DNA of 63,074 nt, the filler included, from Octopus bimaculoides (lineage: Eukaryota): NCBI RefSeq assembly GCF_001194135.2. It is 7 parts of 7 records of this genome, joined end to end, with 100 filler letters (N's around TTAATTAATTAA, not from the genome) between each part and the next. Parts side by side here need not be neighbours in the genome. Positions count along the whole stretch, not along the records: positions 1 to 23,216 come from NC_068983.1; 6 more parts are not named here. One strand, written 5' to 3'. Shown here in pieces: positions 1-14,167 of the stretch. The notes beneath the pieces are model-generated. The model was not told the origin of the DNA. It did no database searches and saw nothing but the letters and a program-made list of their open reading frames with translations. The number at the start of each line of letters is the position of its first letter. Position 1 is the first letter of the stretch. The translations under genes were made by a program, and so were the position numbers.

Positions 1-248
1 CCTTTCTGATTTGCTCTTTTTTTCTTTTCTTTTCCTTGCAAATATCTAATATATGGATTGCCACACTCAGAGTATTGCATTAGCAGTTTTCACATAAATG
101 ATATGAAATGCCGGTATATTTCCTCTTTTGCTATTTTTATTCAAACATTAACAAGGTTCAACTGATAAAAAAAACTTTGCAACTTATAGCGTACTCTGTG
201 CGTCAGCAATAAAAGTAAGCCACTAAGACGCTACGCTTGTAGTTTCTT

Positions 249-468
249 ACTTCTTTACTACCCACAAGTGGCTACACACAGAGGGGACAAACAAGGACAG
301 ACAAACAAATTAAGTCGATTATATCAACCCCAGTGCGTAACTGGTACTTATTTAATCGACCCCGAAAGGATGGAATGCGAAGTCGACTTCGGCGGAATTT
401 GAACTCAGATCGTAGTGGCAGAGGAAATACAGCTAAGCATTTCGCCCGGCGTGCTAACGTTTCTGCTA
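249..468 (-). mobile_element. SINE family A with a 19-bp target-site duplication
   Basis: Reverse complement of the family A consensus seen at 54038. TSD gctacgcttgtagtttctt at 230-248 and 469-487. Confidence 0.9.
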
Positions 469-553
469 GCTACGCTTGTAGTTTCTTTATCATTTAGGTA
501 ACAAAATATGTACCAATGTACATATCCACACATGTATACATACACCTATAATC

Positions 554-585
<32 letters not shown>

Positions 586-1417
586 NNNNNNNNNNNNNNN
601 NNNNNNNNNNNNNNNNNNNNNNNNNNNNNNNNNNNNNNNNNNNNNNNNNNNNNNNNNNNNNNNNNNNNNNNNNNNNNNNNNNNNNNNNNNNNNNNNNNNN
701 NNNNNNNNNNNNNNNNNNNNNNNNNNNNNNNNNNNNNNNNNNNNNNNNNNNNNNNNNNNNNNNNNNNNNNNNNNNNNNNNNNNNNNNNNNNNNNNNNNNN
801 NNNNNNNNNNNNNNNNNNNNNNNNNNNNNNNNNNNNNNNNNNNNNNNNNNNNNNNNNNNNNNNNNNNNNNNNNNNNNNNNNNNNNNNNNNNNNNNNNNNN
901 NNNNNNNNNNNNNNNNNNNNNNNNNNNNNNNNNNNNNNNACACACATATCAACAAAAACCTCTAATGGATCTATTTACGTGTGCACAGTGAGCATAGTAA
1001 ATATTCTCCTATTCATTAATTATCCTTTATTTCTATGTTGCACGTTTTTATCGATCAATGTAATCTTAAGCACAGCTTTAATTGAAATACGTCCTCTATC
1101 ATGCATCCCTGACATTTCCAGGTGGTATATTCTATTTAAGGTTATTGACCATCCCACTTTTAATGATGTTTACTCTTAATTAAATTTAAAGAAACTTATC
1201 CTTAATACTTTTATTCTATGTATATTGTGTTTCAGTTGATTTCAAATACACTTTTTTCTTATTCTTTCAAATTAATATACTTTTTATTCGTCGCATTTTA
1301 CTCACATTTTCCTTCAATGTAGCAAGTAAGTATTAAAACAGACACTATGCTAAAATGTTTCAAATTAGTGTGAATTTCAATTTATAGTTAAATTATTTCG
1401 TTCTGATTTTATCGCAG

Positions 1418-1536
1418 ATGACTTTCAGATGGCACTAAATTTACAAAATAATATTTTTTCTCCTAAGGTTATGGGAGTATATGCCAGACAAATCCGACCA
1501 GAATATCTGTCACAATTACAGTGCAACGTCATCTAG
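1418..1536 (+). CDS. Candidate terminal coding exon ending in a CaaX box (CNVI*)
   Basis: Acceptor ttttatcgcAG (an alternative acceptor, ttttttctcctaAG, ends at 1467). Open frame (D)DFQMALNLQNNIFSPKVMGVYARQIRPEYLSQLQCNVI-TAG, with AATAAA at about 1626. No homology recognised. Confidence 0.35.
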
Positions 1537-3153
1537 TAGAAGCAGCAGGCCGCAACATCATTTTGATAACTGCTTAAAATTGTTTCATTTAGTTTTCATT
1601 ATAAAAGCTATTTTACTCATTTATAAATAAATCCGAAATCCCATTGTATTTGCATTTATAATATTGGTAATGCGCCAGTGAAAAGACATTTCAACGAAGG
1701 ATCCTGTATGTTGTCATTTCACCATCTAAAAATAGCTACAAAACCAGTCTCGAATCATATCCTACTGCCTCAAAAAGAAGAAAGGACGCGCTAGGCAGCG
1801 TATTCCTTCACATCCGTAAAAGCGATAACAGCTGAAAGGCATTTGACCATAGATTTGTTCAATCGGGGACAAGGTGATCCAAGCAATGATAACAAACAAA
1901 AGAAACCCGTGTTTATAGGATAAAGTAATTGTTTCACACTGGCACAATATGTATTTTGTAAGGGAGGTAGGTTCATTTCGCAAAAGTGTTAAGTTTATAA
2001 TTTTCCTTCGTTCGAGTGGCATCTGTTATATTATTAATCTCTGTCTCATACAGAGTACAGGAATTAATTGCAAATGTAAATTCCAAGGGGTTTGTAGAGG
2101 GGCGATTTTGAATACCTAAAGAAAACATTGTATGCTTGGCATGACATAACGCTCAAGTAAATATCCTAAAGCTGAACTCAGTACCTCGTTGAAATTGCTG
2201 TAGTATCAACATTTAACTGTTCCATATTTCATACAAGGAAAATGTATACTGCAGTTGATACAATGCGATGGCACAGTTTTTCTCTTTCAGTAATAGATGC
2301 TGTAACTATGTAGTTAACATATTTCCTTCATTTGAAACTGAGTAGTATTGCAGTTGCAAATAAAGTTTTTGTTGTTGCTGTTGTTTTTGTTTTGTGTGTG
2401 GATAATGAGGGTAACTAAGTAAATGATAATTGGCTTCCTTCTAAAGAAAGCTGAGTTTTAGTTAATCATTACTAGAAAAAGATTAAATTTATTTGTTAAA
2501 TAGAAAGAAATTTGCTTTGAAAAAGAATTGTCAAAATTTACTTTCAAACATATATAAATATATGTTTAAAAGAAAAAAAGACTACAAATAATATATTTGT
2601 GAATAAAATAAATAAAGTTTTAATTTGAATCAAAGAAGATTCCAGCTTGAATTCACAGGAGTATGCTTCCTTTACGTCACCCTGCAACACCCACGCCTAA
2701 CCTCGGAGCTACCTTAACGACTGAGAGCTTTTCAATTTCAATTTTTACATTTATTTCCAAGAAATGTTCTTAATTTGCATGGTAAATTGTAGTTTTTATG
2801 GTAAATCACTTCTTTTCCTAAAGCTCACATCATCTGCAACTGTTAACCGTTGTTTTTCATGGTAATTTCTTCTGTTCTCACTACCCTACAGATATATTAG
2901 CTTTGATACGCATGTTATTTTACAACAAATTGATTTTCCTTTTCTTGTACATTTGAATCTAGCTTTATGCTCGATTGTTTTGTGAATGATTAACATCAGA
3001 CTTGTAAGTGGAATACCTTATAGGAAAAGTAGTTTCTTGTAAGAATTGTTTAGAATTTGCTGAATTCCTACTTCACTTGGTGTTTCAATATGTAAGTTGT
3101 GTCGATCAAGTCATGGTCTGATAATCTTCATCATTGATATTCCTTTGTGTGTA

Positions 3154-3190
<37 letters not shown>

Positions 3191-3201
3191 NNNNNNNNNN
3201 N

Positions 3202-3235
<34 letters not shown>

Positions 3236-6200
3236 CGTGTGTGCGTGTGTACCCTCACAGAAAGTTTTGTGTAACTATATATAAGACATAAACAGTTTAC
3301 GTAGGTGTCCAGAATAGATCTGGCTTCTGGCAAGAAAGTGACACTTCAAGTCACTAGAAGTAATGAAGCTGGTGTAAAACATAGACACAAAAGATTATTA
3401 TCATGAGACGCAGACCGTATTAACTCATAAGTTTAGATATACAAGATCTTGTGAGATATGAGCAAGTTCTGGGTTTCAATAAGCAGTTTGAACTATTTCA
3501 TTCTATGAGAAGCTTCTAATTTTCTTGCGAAATTTGTAGTCAAGAAGTTATCCGTAAAACATTAGGAAGATTTTCATATTAGAAAGACAAGTTGTTGAGG
3601 AGAATTTCTCAGTTCGAGTCTTGGAAGCTCTGTGCATGTTATTTCATTTCGAAACTGAGACCATTTTATTTCTTCTATTCAACAATCTCTGTATTCATAT
3701 ATATGTCAATAATTAAAACAATTCTAAATCCAGCATTTCTATATTTTTCTTAGTTGAACTGAATTTCTTTTCTTTCAATTCATATAATTCATTTTAACTG
3801 TACCGTTTGTAACAACAACGTTTTGCAATTAATAACTCTAAAGTTCGGACACGTTAATGGAGGCATTTTTTACCAAAAAGCACTTCCCTTCACATATAGT
3901 TTCGTCTTAATTCCCATGACGATCTTATTTTCAACTTCTCGGTGGTCGTTTTTTTCTTTATAGTTTAAATTTCCGTACCGTATAACATATAGAAATTAAA
4001 TTATCACCTATAAATTACCACAGTGAAATTATGTAAAGTAAACCTGACAGATTAAATATTCACAACCAATTTTAACGGCTGTTTGATTTAGTTGATAATC
4101 AATATATCTGCTGCAAAGTGGTTTCCTGGGTTTATTAAGTGGCATACTAAAAGCGAAAATAGAAATTCTTCTAAGCAAAAATATGTGAAATTATTTCACT
4201 CTCCATTAAAATTTTTCTTCATGTACAATCCTCTTCCATACAGCTTTTTCTTCTCCTGATTTTAGATTTTTCATTATTTCAATTCCCTATAGTCCGTGTC
4301 TACATCCTACCTCACTCCCGTTTTCTGTAATCCTAGCTGTTTTAGCTATTTATTTTTAAACTATTCCTTATGGTTCTTATCTAAAGCCTTATCTTCCATA
4401 TCAGACTCTTCTTTGCAATGACAGTCGATCATAACTCATTATGTGTTCTATTGATTTATAATAAAAACATGCGCTCTGACATATTTACTCACACACAAAT
4501 AATCAATATTGCATACACACGCACACTCACACACAACATACTCTCACACACAACACGCGCGTAAATGTATTTAACAAGGCATATACACATAGAAGTGTAT
4601 AGAGTGCGTATAAGAATTCATCAGCTCCGTATAAACAATACATAAAGAGAGCACATAAATTTGGCAGGTACACATGAAATCAAGAATGTATATTTAGCTA
4701 GTACTACAAAATACCTCTTCCTAAATGATAATCGATAATATTACAAGGTAAAATAAAATATACGAGAGTGCAATACTGACTGGAGAAATTTAACATACTT
4801 TGCAATAAATGTGATGTTTTTCTTCATTTTTTTATTATGTGTGTCTTCGAGTGTGTGTCTATGTGTGTGTTTGCATGTGTATGCATGTGTACGTGTGCAT
4901 GCTTGCGTTATGTCAGATAAAGCCACAAGTCAGCAATAAAATGGAGTGTAGATGAATGCATGCAAGGACAACTTCGTCCCTCTGTGTGAAATTGAGTTGC
5001 TAGCACATTTGTGGCTGTAGAATTTGTCACCAAGAAGCAATACCTCTTTTCAGTACGGACATAATAAAGACCTCTTGGAATTGTCCACAATCCTGACCTC
5101 AGAGTCTTTCAGAAGAGCGTATTCAGTTTGTCCTTGTAAACACCCAAAAGCATTCTTAATAACCACCGTCCAAATCACCTATTTGGGAAAGTATCAGAAG
5201 CATCAAGAGGAATATAATAGAAATGAGATTGGGTATCCAGTAAACTGGTACACAACTTTAGCGTCCTTGGCACGGTCAAAATCATCAGGAAATTATTAGA
5301 TGTTTGAAAAGAACAGACATTTCTGAGTAGTATTAGCCACTCTTCTAATAATCTTGTTCGACTTTCTGTCAATCTCGAAAATGAAATTCTTGGAGATAAC
5401 GACATTATTGCTTCGAACTAAATGTAAAAGACTTAATAAGAAAACATAAAAATATCGTTCATAAAACTCGAATATTGGCGTGATAACAGAAAAGCATGTT
5501 TTCAAAGAGATAAAGTAAAGGTGATCTTTCTATGTCCGAATAACACACACACGCACACACGCACAAACATACATATTCATTGATATGTGTGTCGTATTTG
5601 CACTTGCATATGTATCTGATTACATTTACACACACATATATCTATCTATCTATCTATCTATATATATATATATATATATACATACATACATATATATNNN
5701 NNNNNNNNNNNNNNNNNNNNNNNNNNNNNNNNNNNNNNNNNNNNNNNNNNNNNNNNNNNNNNNNNNNNNNNNNNNNNNNNNNNNNNNNNNNNNNNNNNNN
5801 NNNNNNNNNNNNNNNNNNNNNNNNNNNNNNNNNNNNNNNNNNNNNNNNNNNNNNNNNNNNNNNNNNNNNNNNNNNNNNNNNNNNNNNNNNNNNNNNNNNN
5901 NNNNNNNNTATATATATATATATATGCATGTATATGTTAGTGTGTAAGTTGGCGTGGCTTCATGACAGTATGTATAAGGGTGTGTACGCAAATCACACAT
6001 ACCACATGCGCGTGGGGTCTGCTAGTAGTTACCGTGGGCAGAACTTATAAATTCATGAGTGGTTTTTGGAAACATCATTAGATTCTTCGTCTCCTCACGG
6101 CGTACACAATATCATATGTCTGCAACAGGAAAAGGAACTCATCACAGTGACGAGTTTATGCCCCAGCAAAATAATTTGTGCTTTATATACTTAGGATTGT

Positions 6201-7017
6201 TAGATAAGTTCTAGTTATTAAATCTAAGTGTATGCGTTGTTTTGTTGCAAGTAAAAAGTTCTCTGATTAACAGTGATTCTCCCTCCCTTCATATTACTTT
6301 CTTGTTTTAAGGCGGCGAGCTGGCAGAATCGTTAGCGCCCGTTGCTACGTTCTGAGTTCAAATTCCTCCGAGGTCGACTTTACTTTTCATCCTTTCAGGT
6401 TCAATAAAATAATTACTAGTTAAAAACTAGGGTCCATGTACTCGACTCATCCCCTCCCCCCAAATTTCTACCCTTGTGGCAAATTTTGACACTATAATTG
6501 TCTTGTTTTGTTTTGATGTTCTGATGACAATATGCATTATGTTCATGAATTTTAAAAGAAGACAGCATGTGATACAAGAAAGATTTAGTTGATGTTTCTA
6601 GCTGGTCGAACGACGGCGTGTGGGCTACCTCATTGGTCAAACAGCTTGTAGAAGGAACTAAAGGAAAACAAGTCTATGTTCTTATTGCAGATCAACTTCA
6701 TTTGTTTTGTATATTGCAGTTTTAAAAAGGAATGGCTCCTCATCAGTTTCCGGTAAATTATTTGGCGAACCGCACCACCTACTCTTTGAATTAAGGTTTC
6801 AGGGTCCTTCAGCTACATATATTCCACCTGCGATACACGGCAAAATCAGTACAACACATCCTCAAAAAGGCGGAGATAATTTAAATAAATATAGAGTGAA
6901 TGTTGCATGCTATTTCATATGCCAGCATTCGTCTGTGTCGTTGATCTCCTCTGACTATTACTCCAGCTCAGTTGTTTTTAACATACTTATAGGAGTGCGT
7001 GTGCGCACATGGGAGAG

Positions 7018-7049
<32 letters not shown>

Positions 7050-10000
7050 ATGTTGAGCATCGCAATTTTTCGAATTCATAAAATACTTTACAATGACTAC
7101 TCTTCCGAAAATAGTTATTGTTCTATAACGCCTGATCGAGACGAGATATGATTAAATGCTTAATCAATCACGCTCATAACTTTTTATTTATTCCACGATT
7201 ATATTATGTATTGAGTAGTTTCGTTCTTTAAACCGTTGCGTGTTGTTTGAAAAGAAATTTTCTCGTTATTTGTAGCTGGTTCAACGATCACAGAATCTTA
7301 CTAGTTGATTCTGCGCGGCAATAGTTATATCTATGTCTATCGTATTTAAATTATCCTAATACAATGTATTCGCTAAACTGCTTAGTAGGTACTGCGGAAA
7401 TGCTTCTGTCATCACAGAAATTATTACATCACTTTCTGATCGACAATGAATTTTAGCGAGTGTGGTGTACTAGTTTAACATCTGCATATAAGCTATGCCA
7501 ACGTTTGCATAACGTGTTTCCTTAACTATAGATATATAATAATCAAAGCTTGAAAACTCTGCTTCAAAGCAAGACATCTCATCTAAATGGCAGTGGATAA
7601 GATATGCCAATCTCGTTTCATATTTCGTCGAAATACTGAATAACATTTGAAACTCAAACCAAATATTTTCCATACATATATTCATTTGATAAGTGCCTGG
7701 TCACAACTTTGACATTCAAATACCTAGCAATAGTGACATAACTTTAGGAGACAAAATTCAAAATTACTCAAATAAATATCTATTTTTTCATATGTTCGAT
7801 AATGGCAAATACACTATCAGAGTACATCAAACGAGCTAAACGTTTGAAACAAATACAATGCTGCCAAACCGCTGTTGTTCCAAATATTCAGTTCTTATTT
7901 CCAGCATATTATCTTCACGCTACTTACAAAATTAATGGTCCTAGCTTGTGGCCTAGGAAGTGATCCCGTGACAAAACACAAGTTTCATATATTAATTAGT
8001 GCTATGGCGGCGAGCTGGCAGAATTGTAGCGTGCAGATCAAAATGCTTTGTGACATTTCATCCGTTCTTACGTTCTACATTTAAATTCCGCTGGGGTCGA
8101 CTTTGCCTTTCATATTTCGGAGTCAGTAAGATAACAACCAGGTGCGCATTGGAATCGAGGTGATCGACTAGCCCACTCACCTGAAATTTCAGGTTTTGGA
8201 CCTATTACAAAAAGGACATTGACTTAGTCTATACTTAATACTAACCGTTGTAAACGTAAGATAATCTCCTAAAAGGTCTGGCCTGCAAGATGGTTTCCAT
8301 TCACAGTTTGAGTCATATCAATTTTCTTAATTTGAAGTATCTTAAGGGAGAGTATGTTTATAATGAGGAATATTTCTGTTATATATCAAAATAAGGTAAT
8401 TACTATGTATATTTTACATCGATTTTCTTACAAAGGACGGAGAACTGACGGAAAGTGTGGAACAACGAACGAAATTTATTGTTTTCTGTAGCATTGCAAG
8501 TTCAAATACTGCTTAGGGTGAATTTGTCAACTAAACGATCCAACGAAATGAATGACTAGAAGAGGTATAAGGTAAAGTGAGTAGGTAGGTCAATATGAGT
8601 AATTTCCGAGTTCTTTATTCTTTACTTATTTGTAACTATTACAGTGCAACTTTTGCATCATCCTTTTGTACAACTGCATCATCTTTGTGAGTACAGGTTG
8701 TTTATATTGTCGTTGCTGCTGAAATTGAGAGACTTCGAAATATAATCCGGTGACAAGTACTTTTATCAGGAAAGATTTCCTCAATTTTGACCCGATTGTA
8801 ATTGACACTGCTAAAAAAATATCTGGATGACTTTTAATGCTTAACAATCAAAAAATACTTTTCACTGTTTCATTCCAAGTCAATTTATGTTCTCCGGAAT
8901 ATCTAATCTGATAGATTTCAATTTACAAATGCCTAAAGCGGGCAAAATGACTAATGACATATTTAAATAATTTCTTCTCTTACACAGCTCGGTGTACGGG
9001 TATATCAGGAAGAGAGCCACACCAACAGGTAAAAAACCCACTCCAACAGGTCGAAGTTTCAGATTTAGACAAGTTTCGTTAATTTCATATCATGTGCCAT
9101 TTTTCCATGATTCTCTTTCATTTGACCTAGATATTTTTTCAACTATTGTTTCATTTCTGTTTTTTTCTGATGTCTAAGAATGGATATTAATATATTTCGA
9201 GTCTTTTTTATGAATATAATTCTGGAGAACTGAAAAGGCAAATTTACTTTAATTTGTCTTATTCATTTTGCCATACTAACATTTGTCTTATATATGCTCA
9301 AGGAGAAAGTAGGATCCTTTTCTGAGTGTTCTGAATGTTACAGTGTTTTTAGTGGATTTAGAGGTCAATTACTTAACTGATATAAATTTCGTCAGGTAGT
9401 AAACATTTGTAAATCTTTTTTAATCAAACTAAAAATCTTGTAAATATTACTCATTGTGCCCCACCCAATTCACTTACATTTAATCAGATTTGAACATTAT
9501 CAGATTCATGAAGTTCTTCTTTTCGCCTAAAGGAAGTTGCCTGTCTCACTCTCTCTCTATGTACGCACAAATGTAACCCTTCCATGTTTTACATTTATTT
9601 ACTAATTAAGCGAAACTTTTAATTCGCAATTTGTAATATTAATCCCTTACTGTCGATTCATTTCTTGTCATTCAAGTTATTCGACATACATGAGTGAATC
9701 AGTTGATAGAGGTTTACATTTTATCTGTTTGCTCCGAAACCGATACCACACAAATACAAAAGAAAAAATTAAAGAACATGCTTTCACATTTGCTTTGAAA
9801 TTTTCAATAGTTCAGCGGTGCGGAATAGTTTCAAACATGTCATAAATGCACACCTCACGGCAAGTCATTATTTACTGTCTAACGAAAAGGAATAGCAAAA
9901 AAGAGACTTTGAAATCTTTGTTTTTCTTCTTTTTCTTGTGCAATAAAAAGATCGAAATTAATGGAACTGTCTGATTTTGAAAAAGAAATCATTTCTTTTT

Positions 10001-10638
10001 TAAATAAATCTAGAAATTACATTTCTGTGTTTCCCCAGTTTCATTTGTTTTGCATTGCTACAATTCCAATTTCAATAAAGACTTCAATTACAAAATCTTA
10101 CGAAATTTTGCCAATGTTACTTCTGAATGTTATTATTTATTCAAAACTGAAATAGATCCTCTGGCTAATTAATAATATCGTATTACATGTTTCCAACANN
10201 NNNNNNNNNNNNNNNNNNNNNNNNNNNNNNNNNNNNNNNNNNNNNNNNNNNNNNNNNNNNNNNNNNNNNNNNNNNNNNNNNNNNNNNNNNNNNNNNNNNN
10301 NNNNNNNNNNNNNNNNNNNNNNNNNNNNNNNNNNNNNNNNNNNNNNNNNNNNNNNNNNNNNNNNNNNNNNNNNNNNNNNNNNNNNNNNNNNNNNNNNNNN
10401 NNNNNNNNNNNNNNNNNNNNNNNNNNNNNNNNNNNNNNNNNNNNNNNNNNNNNNNNNNNNNNNNNNNNNNNNNNNNNNNNNNNNNNNNNNNNNNNNNNNN
10501 NNNNNNNNNNNNNNNNNNNNNNNNNNNNNNNNNNNNNNNNNNNNNNNNNNNNNNNNNNNNNNNNNNNNNNNNNNNNNNNNNNNNNNNNNNNNNNNNNNNN
10601 NNNNNNNNNNNNNNNNNNNNNNNNNNNNNNNNNNNNNN

Positions 10639-10672
<34 letters not shown>

Positions 10673-11553
10673 ATGCATATATATATATATATGTATGTAT
10701 ATATACATATATACATATGTATATAGATATTCTTCTTCGTTTCTATCACTTTATCTCTATAGTTGACTGTTTATATTTATAATAGCTTCCAGCGAAACTA
10801 ACTAAACTAATCATAAAAATAAAGAATTATAAATGAAAATTTTGCAATTATAAATATAATGAAAATGTTAGCATCACCAGAAAATAGTTTATATATTTTG
10901 TAATATGTAGTGATCAAGTTAATTCATACTTTTAGAACGCAAGACCCTTTGGTTTATAGACAATGAATAGAAATCCTTAAGTCGCTACCATCAATTAAAA
11001 CCAACAATGTTTGATATCTCATTCGGGATAAAACTGACGTGAGACCGAGTGTTAGGTCTTACAAAGCCCATTATCAGAATGAGAGTTATATGCAATAACA
11101 AATTAGCTGGAAAAGGCTTGTAGTTCTTATTTTGAAGGTGAGTGATCCATGCAGTCATATCTTTCATCTTCGCTATTTATCCTTTGTGGTAGTTTTAGAG
11201 AGACTACTAAGCTACCACAATGGGCAAATAGCAGCACTATCATAGACTTGCGTAGGAATTTATAGGATAATATACATCCAGATTTACAGTTTGATATTGT
11301 AGCAATTTAATCCATCCATATCAAGATAGTTGCTGGATAAGGCGACTGAAATTGCAAAAAAAAGATATGCCAATTAAATAGGACTAACCATGTGAAGGAT
11401 CGATGGAGGTGCAGGGCAGGTAATAAAAATGTCTGCTGGATTATCGTGTTTCCACGACACGAAACTATAGTAGCTTTTATTTTAATGCTGAGTGTATGTG
11501 TGTGTGTGTGCATAAACATACACACATATATATATATGATAGACGTATACTTC

Positions 11554-11592
<39 letters not shown>

Positions 11593-11689
11593 NNNNNNNN
11601 NNCACTCCCTCCATAGAACTCCACATGATGAGAGATCTCCATAGAGCTAGGTCACAATCCCTGAAATGCACCTACTTCCCTCTTAGGCC

Positions 11690-11870
11690 CATATGTGTCA
11701 CGTCCTTTCCACTGTTCTTAACCAAATATCCTGAAAAGCGTGTCTCGCCTCCTGTGCTTTATCTCTCTGGTTTTCCATTCCAGAAGCTGTCTCATTAGTC
11801 TTTTCATGAGTATTCCTAGCACATGTTCGATTATCTTCTGCCACCACACAATATAGATGGATATCCCACA
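11690..11870 (-). mobile_element. Degenerate RTE-clade LINE 3' fragment
   Basis: One frame reads WQKIIEHVLGILMKRLMRQLLEWKTREIKHRRR, resembling the RTE pattern W.GHVLR...RL.RQ.LEW.P....RRRGRP. Confidence 0.5.
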
Positions 11871-13653
11871 TTTTACTGACCCGGCCTATCCATGGTGTTT
11901 TCATTCATGATGCAATGGCACCATGATATTCATAGTGTACAACGCTTTCGCAATTGGCATTGGTGGGGGATATATTGATGAGAAGACACGGCAATCCTCT
12001 TTCTGCTACGTCTCTTCACTTCTGAAACAAAGGTTGCTGCTGAAAGGGCTTCAGCATCATTTACCTAGGCATTTATTTATCGACTGAGAGAATCAACGAC
12101 AAAATTGACCGACAACATTTGAACACTAAACTGTGGGACAGAAAACTAAAGGTTGACCATTACACTCCATAACCTATGACTGACAATTCAGCGCTTGCTT
12201 GTTAAGTATATATAAGATGATGTAGGCGTATGCAATTACATACACTGTAAAAAAAAAGTACACACGTACACAAAGTCATATATATACAGCAGGCACACAT
12301 TTGTACATTGATATATTTCACACACACTCGTACACACAGACACACACACACATTCACACTTGTGTGTATGAGTGTGTGAGTGTATATATATATATATGCA
12401 CCATACACAAGTTTAGATATATGTAAACACATACACATTCTCACCTACAATACATTCACCCTTCCGCATACATTATTACTTATGTAGACATAACCATACG
12501 CGGTTACTTACTTGTAATGCTTGTATGTATGCGCCTGTGTCAGCTGTATATTATTGCGAAAGTAATGACATGACAGTTACTGAACATGATAGGTGTGGCG
12601 TCTGACATGTTCATTTTTCTTATTTCACCGATTTCAAATTTGATTATAGTAAGTAGCAATACAATTAATATAATTGTCTCAGATATCAGATTCCTTTGGC
12701 ATCCGAATGTCAACCACACCTATATCCGGAATTCAATATGCGTTGAATACCTTGTCTTCTATGGCTTAAGCTGCTGACATGCTCAATTAACAATAAGAAT
12801 TGCTACTAATTTAAGTAGAAGTCCAGTGATTTTAAAGCGAGGTGGTTAGTTGTTACCATTGATTATAACACTTCACTGGTACGAGTGCGAAAGAATGAAA
12901 AAAAACAAAATTATAGTGGGCTTTGAAATAACAGAGTAAAGTGCCGGCAGAATGAACAAAACACCACAAGGTATTTTGTCCGATATTTAAAAAGTCATCA
13001 TCATCATCATCATCATTATCATCATCATCATCATCATTATTATTATTATTATTATTATTATTNNNNNNNNNNATTATTATTATTATCATTATTATTATTA
13101 TTATTATTATTATCATCCTTATCATTATTATTATTACTATTATTGAGTGAGAGAACAGTGCATGCCATCAGAGTGAAACTGGGGTACAAATATACGAAGC
13201 CCAAACTACTCATCATGACTACCCGCCTGATAAGGGTACACCAGACACATGCATCATAACCACATGTGCACGTCATGGTGACCCCGACATATTCCGAAGC
13301 TCTAGATGGCCAATTATAAGTCGAACTCTACTCCACATGCCTTCTACACTCAAAATTGTTCTTTGGTTGTTAGAATGTACGAAAATAGTCGCATAATCTA
13401 CGAACGTAGGTATTAGTCTACGCATCCGTTTGTATTACAAGAGTTTACTCAGTTGTGATTTTCTACGGTAAGAATATGATTAAGCTCTGAGAAGTGACAA
13501 AATATATGAACAAAGATCTCGTGTATGAAAGTGAGATTGTGTACAGGCACTTAATTATATGATGATAGATAATTTCTGTCACATAATGTTAGGGACGGTG
13601 GGCAGGGAGCATCGCTAGATCATCGAACAAAATATTTTATATTGTACACTTAC

Positions 13654-13882
13654 ATATTCTAATTTCAAATCCCGGACAGGCCCACTTTGCATTGTGAAAG
13701 ACAAAGAAAGCAATTAAATAGATCCCGCACAGATTGATGGGTTCTATGTGACCGACTGAAACCATGAAAAGTTGTCTCCCAATATGATCGCAATTCATTG
13801 GTTCCAAATTCAAATAGCGATTATACACAGGTAACACAGCATTACTAGACTGCATATGAAAACTGAAGAGCGCAACACTTGT
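13654..13882 (-). CDS. Candidate internal exon, weak C1q/TNF-like beta-strand pattern
   Basis: Acceptor attatattcAG and donor TAT|gtaagt. 76 open codons: TSVALFSFHMQSSNAVLPVYNRYLNLEPMNCDHIGRQLFMVSVGHIEPINLCGIYLIAFFVFHNAKWACPGFEIRI. The fold assignment is by eye only. Confidence 0.35.
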
Positions 13883-14096
13883 CTGAATATAATTATAGAA
13901 ACATGGGTAACAATAAAATAAGAATTAAACAGAGGGTTTCTAAATGAGATAAGACACTCTCTTGGACGTATGGAGTTATGGCGAGGATTTGGAGTAAATT
14001 TGTGGAAAATTTTGTGAAATGATGTTAGTTAATTTTTGTTGAAAAGGTGATTGTGAATACCGATGTTTCGACAGATATAGTGAGAGAGACAGAGGG

Positions 14097-14167
<71 letters not shown>

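Noticed and set aside
12065-12130. Minus-strand block with a strong acceptor and donor
   Set aside because: It has stops in all three frames. It is at best a non-coding exon, with no further evidence.
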